From the NCBI GenBank assembly GCA_965116875.1, contig OZ220733.1, positions 5,120,001 to 5,184,000 on the forward strand: DNA of 64,000 nt, read 5' to 3'. The stretch is from Candidatus Latescibacterota bacterium (lineage in GTDB: Bacteria; Latescibacterota; UBA2968; GCA-2709665). How positions within the stretch are numbered: position 1 is the first letter of the stretch; each line of letters opens with the position of its first letter. Positions 57,199 through 64,000 of this stretch are shown here, piece by piece. The notes beneath the pieces were generated by a model that saw only the letters and a list, made by a program, of their open reading frames with translations, was not told the DNA's origin and made no database searches. The position numbers and the translations under genes were made by a program.

Positions 57199-57909
57199 AT
57201 GCAAGAGCAGAATCGTATTTCGAGTCTGGGCAAACGAGCACGGATGAGCTTTCGCGGCACCCTTATTGCCGGGATCGCGTTTCTGGTGCCGGTTGTGGTT
57301 ACGTTTATCGTTCTTCAGATCATCTTTGAGTGGATCGACGGCCTGGCTCAGCCGCTGGCGAAGCGCATTTTTCAGATCGAGGACGACGTCTTCGGGCTGG
57401 GGTTGGTCCTGACGCTTGTTCTGATCTGGCTGGCAGGCCTGCTGGCCGGCAACGTATTCGGCAAACGCCTCATTGGCAAAGGCGACGGCCTGATAAAGCG
57501 CCTTCCGGTTATCGGCGCCATTTACGGCCCGCTAAAACAGTTCATGGAATCGGTCGTCTCACCGGACGAGAACAGGGGCTTCAACCGGGTGGTTATCGCC
57601 GAATACCCATCCGACGGGCTCTGGATCCTGGGTTTTGCAACGGGCGATATTCCAATGGATGAGGAAGGTAAGACCGGTTGCTGCGTGTTCATTCCGACCT
57701 CACCCAATCCGGCCACGGGCTGGACGGTTGTGTTCCCGCCCGAGAAGGTGCGTAAAGTCTCACTTACCGTGGAAGAGGCCATGCAGATGATCGTATCGGC
57801 CGGGGTCGTCATTCCGGATTCGCTGAAATCTTCGCCCACGGACAGTCTGGCAGGACCCCCTCCGGGCCTGCCGCGAATGACCGGACAATCCGACGCTTCA
57901 CGCACCTGA
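57199..57909 (+). CDS. DUF502 family membrane protein
   Basis: LPVIGAIYGPLKQ, VFIPTSPNPATG, EEAMQMIVSAG. Confidence 0.9.
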   Translation: MQEQNRISSLGKRARMSFRGTLIAGIAFLVPVVVTFIVLQIIFEWIDGLAQPLAKRIFQIEDDVFGLGLVLTLVLIWLAGLLAGNVFGKRLIGKGDGLIKRLPVIGAIYGPLKQFMESVVSPDENRGFNRVVIAEYPSDGLWILGFATGDIPMDEEGKTGCCVFIPTSPNPATGWTVVFPPEKVRKVSLTVEEAMQMIVSAGVVIPDSLKSSPTDSLAGPPPGLPRMTGQSDASRT

Positions 57910-57937
57910 GAAACGGAAGCAGACGCGCCGGGATACG

Positions 57938-58342
57938 TCAGGTTTCGAAATCGTCAACGCCCTCAAATTCCTCCATGCCGGCCACGTCTTCCCGGACCAG
58001 CGCCAGTATGGAGTTGTGCGGGATTATCAGGTATTTCTCACCCTCGAACTTGATCTCCATCGCCATCTTTTTCATGAACAGGGCATAGTCGCCAACCTGG
58101 GCCTGCATCGGCAGGTACTTGGGTTCGTCCGGTACGCTTCGCCAGGGTTCGTCGTCCACGTCGTGGGTCTGCGGCAGCGGCATCCCCGGACCCGTCAGCA
58201 TAATCCGGCCGCCCTGTACCTCTTCCTTTTCAACGACCGTCTGCGGCAGGTACAGGCCCACCTCGGTGCGTTCCTGGAGTTCCTCCTGCTTGACCAGGAC
58301 CCGGTCCCCCACGATAATCAGTTCCTTGTTTCCCATCTTCAT
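57938..58342 (-). CDS. Co-chaperonin GroES family paralogue
   Basis: VGDRVLVK..GLYLP..GPG..QVGD..GEKYLII; insertion in the roof loop. Confidence 0.85.
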   Translation of the reverse strand: MKMGNKELIIVGDRVLVKQEELQERTEVGLYLPQTVVEKEEVQGGRIMLTGPGMPLPQTHDVDDEPWRSVPDEPKYLPMQAQVGDYALFMKKMAMEIKFEGEKYLIIPHNSILALVREDVAGMEEFEGVDDFET

Positions 58343-58375
58343 AGGACAATCCTCTTGGATTCGTTACCATATGAG

Positions 58376-58461
58376 TGCCGGAGGCCGGACTCGAACCGGC
58401 ACGGGCGTATCGGCCCGGGGGATTTTAAGTCCCCTATGTCTACCAATTCCATCACTCCGGC
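58376..58461 (-). tRNA. tRNA-Leu(TAA)
   Basis: GCCGGAG acceptor stem, TGGTAGAC D-loop, GGGGA-CTTAAAA-TCCCC anticodon arm, long variable arm, GGTTCGAGTCC. Confidence 0.95.
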
Positions 58462-58471
58462 ACCGGATTCG

Positions 58472-58500
58472 AAAATAGCCAACCGCCGGAACATTGTCAA
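58472..58500 (-). promoter_or_regulatory. Putative promoter of tRNA-Leu
   Basis: TTGACA-17 nt-TATTTT. Confidence 0.6.
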
Positions 58501-58578
58501 GCGGGATTATGCGTTTCTCCTACTTCCAAAAAAACAACGACTAATCTCAATAAGACAGTCGCTTGTGCATCCGTTTAA

Positions 58579-58653
58579 TGGAGGCGGCGGGCGGATTCGA
58601 ACCGCCGAATAGGGGCTTTGCAGGCCCTTGCCTTACCACTTGGCCACGCCGCC
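58579..58653 (-). tRNA. tRNA-Cys(GCA)
   Basis: GGCGGCGTGGCCAAGTGGTAAGGC..CTGCAAA..GGTTCGAATCC..TCCA. Confidence 0.95.
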
Positions 58654-58668
58654 TCGCCTTATGTACTG

Positions 58669-58697
58669 AAAATACAATACCCACGCGCCATTGTCAA
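58669..58697 (-). promoter_or_regulatory. Putative promoter of tRNA-Cys
   Basis: TTGACA-17 nt-TATTTT. Confidence 0.6.
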
Positions 58698-58732
58698 GCC
58701 TCTCGCACGGAACGGGTGGGACTCCGGTCCCG

Positions 58733-59377
58733 TTACCGGCTTGCCCAGAGCATCCCGCGCCTTTGAATCTCACGCGCCTCCGGCACGTCGAAGTCGCGCG
58801 CCACGTGCCCCAGCGATGAGTAGAACACCCGTCCCCCGCCCCACATCCGCTTCCAGACCACCGGCATCACGCAACCGTTCACCCACGGCGCAACGGTCGT
58901 CCTGAAAGTGGTGGTGGCCAGCACGCGGTTGGATGGATCCACGTGCATGTAGTACTGCTCCGAATGCATCCTGAAGTCCTGAATCCCGCGGGTAACCGGG
59001 TCGTTATGGTCCACGATATTCACCTCGTAGTCGATAACGCCGCCGGGGTGCGCCACCCACTGTCCTCCGACCATAAACTGGTATTCCGTGTGGTTCCGGA
59101 ACGCATCGGCCATGCCGCCGTGCCAGCCGGCTATACCCACGCCACTCCTGACGGCTTCCAGGAGACCCTTCTCCTGTTCGCGTTCGATGGTTCCCATCGT
59201 CCAGATTGGAACGACCAGACTCAATTCCGCCATCCGGTGGGCATCCAGATACACATCCATCGTATCCGAAAGCGTAACGTCGAAACCCGCTTCGCCAAGG
59301 ATCGGAGCGAAGATATCCACGCACTGCCTGGGCTCGTGCCCCTCCCAGCCGCCATACACGATCAACGCTTTCTTCAT
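58733..59377 (-). CDS. ThuA-like (trehalose utilisation) domain protein
   Basis: [37 protein letters not shown]. Confidence 0.9.
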   Translation of the reverse strand: MKKALIVYGGWEGHEPRQCVDIFAPILGEAGFDVTLSDTMDVYLDAHRMAELSLVVPIWTMGTIEREQEKGLLEAVRSGVGIAGWHGGMADAFRNHTEYQFMVGGQWVAHPGGVIDYEVNIVDHNDPVTRGIQDFRMHSEQYYMHVDPSNRVLATTTFRTTVAPWVNGCVMPVVWKRMWGGGRVFYSSLGHVARDFDVPEAREIQRRGMLWASR

Positions 59378-59404
59378 AGCCCGCCTCTCTTTGAAGCTTT
59401 GTCG

Positions 59405-59739
59405 TTAACCTCGATTGGCAACTCTTCGTGAACGTTAGTTCGAATGTGTGCCAGTAGGCGATTGGACGGCGGATTACCAGGATCCACCAGATCACGGAAC
59501 GTGAACGGAACCTCTCGCCCGGTCCCCCAGAAGCGGGTAGACGGGAGAAGGGAGAGGGGAGAGATTACCTGCCTTGTGAGGATTCTCTTCGCGCCGAAGG
59601 CAAGGCGGGAAAACATCCTGGGCGAGGATTTCTTCTACCGTCTCACCTCTTCCGTCTCCCCGCATTTCATCTACCGTCTCCCCGCATTCAGGCTCTTTGT
59701 GGCCAATTTGACCGATGTCTTTTTTTCAATTGAGGTTGA
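59405..59739 (-). mobile_element. MITE-like element family 1, copy C (core in orientation 2)
   Basis: TIRs TTAACCTCGATTG / CAATTGAGGTTGA (11/13); internal tandem duplication of CCGTCTCCCCGCATT. Confidence 0.85.
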
Positions 59740-59812
59740 TCCTACACGATTCTTCAGGACGAATGCCTCAGCGGGTATGGACGCCGCGGCGTTGATCGGC
59801 TACCTCTTCCGA

Positions 59813-61045
59813 TCAGGACCAGCCGCGTACCATGTAGGCCTGCAGAACGCCGCTTTCATCGGAATTGAAGAAACCGGAGAATCCGTCCGGCGACAGAAAC
59901 GGATGGATATGTGACTCCTTTTGCCATGAGGAACCGGGGCTCGCGATTCTTCTTGCATTCGACAACGCGCCATCCGCCGCGCCCGGAAGATCGAACAGCC
60001 AGACCGCGCCACCCCCGTCCCTGGGGCCCGCATCCGTAATCAGGCGGCGTCCGGAATCGTCCGTGGCGAAATGGTAGAAGTCCGGTTCGTTGAATGATCG
60101 GGACAGATCCCTCCTCCATCCCCCGGGCGTCCCGTTGCCGGAATGGTCCGCGTGCGCGGTTGCACGGCCGGAAATGAGCTGCCTTTCATCCGGCTGACGC
60201 GTGGACGTGCTGGTGATCGCAATGTCGGACCGCCCCTGCCAGCACTGGTGCCCCTGGCAGAATTCGTTCCCGTCCCGCCCCCAGGGAAAGTCCCGGAGCG
60301 AGGTCCCGTCGTCCCGGATCAGATGGATATCCGCGCCCCGCCCGCCCGTGAGCTTCTGGATCCTGCCATCCGGGGACGCGACGTTGCCGTGGTTCTCCTG
60401 GATCATGATGTCGTGCGAGGCGTCCGCGTCGGTCTGCCGTGTGTACTGCGGGTGGACGTTGCACCAGGAGGGGCCGTGAAAGACCAGTCGAACGGATGGT
60501 TCGCCGATTTCGAAGACGAGCAGACCCCATGGCGCGCCTTCGGATCGGCCGTCGCCCAGGAATCCGGAGATCGCGATTCGCCTCCCGTCTGATGAGATGG
60601 TTGAGAGCGGATACGGACGGCTGAGCCGGAAATCCGTGCCCGGAACGGGATGATCCAGGACGTAGATCACTTCGCGTTCCGATCCGTCCAGTCTCACCCG
60701 CTTGAGCGTGAGCGGTTCCGGATCCATGGGGTCGGTTTCGTCGACGAAGTAGTAGAGCCAGTCGCCGTCGGGCGAGATGGAGGGCGCGGTTGTTCCCCGT
60801 TCCGTCGTCAGGGGCGCCAGGCGGCAGTGGTCCTCGAGGTCGCACACCAGATACCGGTGCTCCGGGTCTTTCGGATCGGAGCCATGGGGATGCGCGGATC
60901 GGTGGAGCACGAGACGCCGCGAATCGGGCGTGAATATCTGCGCTTCCATGTAAATGTGCGACGACGGAATCGACTCATCCGTGAGCTGAACGACCTCCAG
61001 ATTGTCCCTCTCGGACGCGGGAATAAGGTCCTGTCGGATTTTCAA
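59813..61045 (-). CDS. Oligogalacturonate lyase-like beta-propeller protein
   Basis: VVQLT..HIYMEAQIFTPD, HIHPFLSPDG..FNSDESG; SD GGAGG before TTG. Confidence 0.75.
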   Translation of the reverse strand: MKIRQDLIPASERDNLEVVQLTDESIPSSHIYMEAQIFTPDSRRLVLHRSAHPHGSDPKDPEHRYLVCDLEDHCRLAPLTTERGTTAPSISPDGDWLYYFVDETDPMDPEPLTLKRVRLDGSEREVIYVLDHPVPGTDFRLSRPYPLSTISSDGRRIAISGFLGDGRSEGAPWGLLVFEIGEPSVRLVFHGPSWCNVHPQYTRQTDADASHDIMIQENHGNVASPDGRIQKLTGGRGADIHLIRDDGTSLRDFPWGRDGNEFCQGHQCWQGRSDIAITSTSTRQPDERQLISGRATAHADHSGNGTPGGWRRDLSRSFNEPDFYHFATDDSGRRLITDAGPRDGGGAVWLFDLPGAADGALSNARRIASPGSSWQKESHIHPFLSPDGFSGFFNSDESGVLQAYMVRGWS

Positions 61046-61075
61046 AAATCTACCTCCGGATCGGGATTTACAGGA

Positions 61076-61298
61076 TTGACCTCAATTCAATAAAGACAGA
61101 CGATACATCTACCACAAAAAGCACAAAAGGCACAGAAGGTGTCGGTGCGAAAACGGGGTATCAAGGTCGCACAAATCAATGAAATTTCCCTTCACGTCCA
61201 GTGACCGCATGAATCCCGGACCTTTGACGTCAATTCGCCGCTGTTCTTCTGTATATCTTCGACATTCAGGCCCGTGGAAAACTACGAATCGAGGTTGA
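61076..61298 (+). mobile_element. MITE-like element family 1, copy D (lacks the heptamer/core cassette)
   Basis: TIRs TTGACCTCAATTC / GAATCGAGGTTGA; shares CCACAAAAAGC, CCTTCACG.CCAGTGACC and AATCCCGG blocks with copies A-C. Confidence 0.75.
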
Positions 61299-61309
61299 AT
61301 GATGCTTGA

Positions 61310-61553
61310 TCATTCGTGTCTGGCGGCTCTTGCCCGGCGTACCGCTTCCCGTTCCTCGGATTTGGACGCAGAGGACCTGCCATCTGCAAGACAGCCGTAT
61401 AAGTCCTTGAGGGTTTCCGGCTGGGGTTTCACCAAAACGGCGCCGTCGGCCAATTCATAGATGAGCTGTTGCCGGGGCTTTGAGATGGAGCGCCCTGCGG
61501 ACTTCTGCCGGGATGGTGGTTTGCCATTTATCATTTAACGTTGACCTGATTAC
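61310..61553 (-). pseudogene. AbrB/MazE-family antitoxin, frameshifted
   Basis: IRSTLNDKWQTTIPAEVRRALHLK in one frame continues as KPRQQLIYELADGAVLVKP in another; no intact start seen. Confidence 0.7.
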
Positions 61554-61679
61554 AGGGCTGTCATCAATTCATTTTCTCTGTGTCCGGTGCGGCCGGTTTA
61601 TGTAGCCGTTGTCCGTGCAATTGTCGGGATCAGGATCGAAAGGCGAACAACCGCCTGCGCGATGTGAGCATCCTCCAGC

Positions 61680-62267
61680 TCAATGATGACTTGATCTGAC
61701 CAGATCGTTAAACTGCAACGTACGTTTTGCCGGCGCGCTCAGTTTAAGCATACGCTCCGGTGCGTCGTGTTTCCCTGATGGCGGAGGGTTTCGTGTAGGC
61801 TTCTTGTCTATCCGGATGTTCTTGACGCTGACGAAACGCTGCTGGTAGTTCGTTTTTTTCAGGAATTTCGGTTCCTTCCAAAACTCCTGACCAATGGCGC
61901 GACAGTAGGCAACAAGGCATTGTGCTCCGCGCAACTGTTGCTCGATTTCAGTTGCCGAACCTGTATTGCCACTCTTCATCTCTATGATAACAATCCAATT
62001 TACCCTGTCGTCACGGGCGATAAGTATGAAATCGGCGCGCTTGCATTCTCCCCTGTTGTTTTTGAAAATATCTTTCGCAGGCGGAAATGCATCCGCTTTA
62101 AATGCGATAATTTCGTCTGGCGAGTTGCGAATCTTCAGAGAATATGGCGGCTGTCGTCGATCTCCAGGTTCCTGCAGCACAACTGTCTTTCTGTTGTATT
62201 CATACTCAACCAATGCCCTTGTCTCGTCGCGGATCAGATCTTGCAAGATTTCAAAGTCTGACATCAT
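61680..62267 (-). CDS. Hypothetical PD-(D/E)XK-like nuclease coupled to an ATPase
   Basis: CKRADFILI..IIEMKSG..EQQLRG; start overlaps the ATPase stop. Confidence 0.65.
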   Translation of the reverse strand: MMSDFEILQDLIRDETRALVEYEYNRKTVVLQEPGDRRQPPYSLKIRNSPDEIIAFKADAFPPAKDIFKNNRGECKRADFILIARDDRVNWIVIIEMKSGNTGSATEIEQQLRGAQCLVAYCRAIGQEFWKEPKFLKKTNYQQRFVSVKNIRIDKKPTRNPPPSGKHDAPERMLKLSAPAKRTLQFNDLVRSSHH

Positions 62268-63658
62268 TCATCTACACCCCACACAATGGCGTCCTGAATC
62301 TCGTTCATTTTGTTGATCGTCTCGTCGAAACTGCGTACCTCAATGCCCAGTTCCGGATCTATACTCGCCGGCTCAAGTGAAGGATGGCGGCTTCTCCGGC
62401 GTCTGCCTTCCAGCTTCATCAACGCTTTTTGCGCTACGTAAACCCTGATTTTACCAGTGTGGAGGAGTTCTTCGCGATTGTACCCTTCCCGTTGCGCGAT
62501 CTTCTTCAGATAGGACTTGTCCTGATTCAGCATGATCAGCGTATTGAGCTCCTTCACGATATAGTCGCTGTGGGACGTCACGAAGACGCGGATACCCAGA
62601 TTCACCAGACGCGCGAAGAGGCGCGCGACTCGGCGCTGGTTTGCCGGATGCAGGTTTAGTTCCGGTTCATCCACCATCAACAGGTCACCCGGTTTGGCGA
62701 CATGGCGCAGATAGTATCCAATGTCCAAGAGGGAGCGTACCGCACTGGAACTCTCGTCCATTGTCAGCTTAATTTGCTTTCGTGCAGGCTTGAAATAGAT
62801 CGTGTCATTACTTCCCACGATGTATTCGCCACCCATGATATCCGCGAAGTCATCCAGGATATGCGGATGATTTTCGACAAGATAGCTGTCTCTCTTCGCA
62901 ACCTCCTCAAGTTTGCCAATAAAATCCACGTTGTCTTTGACCGGCAAGGGATAGTCCTGGTAAGACTTTGACATCAATGCCGTCGGGTTAATGTCTCTTT
63001 CCACTCTACTCATTTCCTCCAGCAAACGGTTCCGGGAAAAATTCAACTCCTTACGGAAAATTGCCGCGCCGGTGCGCTCTGTGCTGGCGATAAAAGGACG
63101 GGGGAAAAACCGGTCGAAGAGTAATTCAACAATCCCGTCCGATATGACTTTTTCGATCAAACTTTCGGGCAACCCGCCTCTCCGTTTTTCCATCAACAGA
63201 GAAACCACTACTTCGCTTCCTCCACCAACCTTCGACAATGAAATAAGATCGTCATCCGCAGATCGCTTTGTGAGCTCAAAAGCACGATCCTTAATTGAAG
63301 ATTTCTTTTCCGTTTCTATAAAAACCTGAAATTTCGTGTCCGTGAAACGACTAGGTTTCGATGCGAAGATTCTCGGAAGATGTCGCGTGAATTCCTCGCA
63401 TCCCTTTCTTAGGATATGTTTCGCCTGTTCTGCATAGGTATCAACATCAAGGCGCGTTACACCATCCCTCAGCAATTCCTGGATTGCACTGTCGTGGACT
63501 CCAGCTTTTAGATGACGTCTCCAGTGCGACAAGAAACCGAACAGGGCATAGGTAGCATAGGTCTTTCCCGTATTGTTGCCGCCACAAATCAGCGTCAACT
63601 CGCCCAGTTCAAATTCCGCCCTTTTAAGAATGCCTAAGTTTTCGACCTGTAATTTCAT
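62264..63658 (-). CDS. ABC-type (AAA_15/AAA_21) ATPase
   Basis: MKLQVENLG, Walker A GGNNTGKT, SSSAVRSL, Walker B VDEPELNLHP, VTSHS. Confidence 0.9.
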   Translation of the reverse strand: MKLQVENLGILKRAEFELGELTLICGGNNTGKTYATYALFGFLSHWRRHLKAGVHDSAIQELLRDGVTRLDVDTYAEQAKHILRKGCEEFTRHLPRIFASKPSRFTDTKFQVFIETEKKSSIKDRAFELTKRSADDDLISLSKVGGGSEVVVSLLMEKRRGGLPESLIEKVISDGIVELLFDRFFPRPFIASTERTGAAIFRKELNFSRNRLLEEMSRVERDINPTALMSKSYQDYPLPVKDNVDFIGKLEEVAKRDSYLVENHPHILDDFADIMGGEYIVGSNDTIYFKPARKQIKLTMDESSSAVRSLLDIGYYLRHVAKPGDLLMVDEPELNLHPANQRRVARLFARLVNLGIRVFVTSHSDYIVKELNTLIMLNQDKSYLKKIAQREGYNREELLHTGKIRVYVAQKALMKLEGRRRRSRHPSLEPASIDPELGIEVRSFDETINKMNEIQDAIVWGVDE

Positions 63659-63865
63659 GTCTTCACCTGTATTGTTGCGAAATCTTCCTTTGTCTGGCCG
63701 AACAGCGCGTAAATCAGCGAAATCGATCGCTGGATTTGCGGGTCTAACAGTCGGAATAAGGCTAATCGCGCCGATGGATGCGATGCCCGAAAGCAACGCT
63801 TTTTGTACGATGGCTTCCACAACGGCTTGAGCTTGGTTATTCCATCGTAAATTACAAAAGCTTGC

Positions 63866-64000
63866 TCAATCGCGCTGGGTATCGTATTGCGTAATTTGGT
63901 CTTTAATCGGACGAAATCTGGGATGTTCTTCAGGCCTGACATATCGCCAGGACTGCGGGACGACGAAATTCGGGAATTGGGTCCTCAGTTCGTTCAGGCC
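63866..64000 (-). CDS. 3' end of probable ASCH/PUA domain protein (truncated by the window edge)
   Basis: GLNELRTQFPNFVVPQSWRYVRPEE..* resembles the ASCH C-terminal L..L......PQS(F/W)RY motif. Confidence 0.55.
   Translation of the reverse strand, partial: GLNELRTQFPNFVVPQSWRYVRPEEHPRFRPIKDQITQYDTQRD

Noticed and set aside
58376-58653. tRNA genes as integration sites for an island
   Set aside because: No integrase adjacent and no duplicated tRNA 3' end noticed in the window
63655-63942. 95-aa ORF in the ORF track, and the N-terminal extension of the ATPase to 63820
   Set aside because: Overlaps a more convincing frame (ASCH-like end at 63866); ATPase homology begins at MKLQVENLG (63658)

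Overview
GC-rich bacterial chromosome segment. Gene content (DUF4837, HhH/beta-barrel protein, LpoA-like protein, ankyrin proteins, glycan lyases, PhyH, many toxin-antitoxin genes) suggests an FCB-related lineage such as Latescibacterota or Gemmatimonadota, possibly host-associated; this is inference only. About 60 CDS or gene remnants were identified: carbohydrate catabolism genes (heparinase-like proteins, rhaA, oligogalacturonate lyase, ThuA), housekeeping genes (aroQ, manC, accD, GroES paralogue), tRNA-Leu(TAA) and tRNA-Cys(GCA), a Cus-type heavy-metal efflux cluster with HMA protein and ferritin, an eroded toxin-antitoxin/type I R-M island (about 16.4-22.3 kb) and an ASCH - ABC ATPase - PD-(D/E)XK module at the right edge. 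The most striking unexplained structure is non-coding: a four-copy MITE-like family (about 36.2, 40.8, 59.4 and 61.1 kb) with 13-bp terminal inverted repeats. Three copies carry a roughly 77-bp core bracketed by inverted heptamer-repeat arms; the core lies in opposite orientations in different copies, and the fourth copy lacks the cassette. Other small repeat families (nested REP-like units, GTAG REPs with RAYT remnants, two further MITE types) occupy intergenic gaps. All alignments and family calls were made by eye from motifs; no database searches were run.
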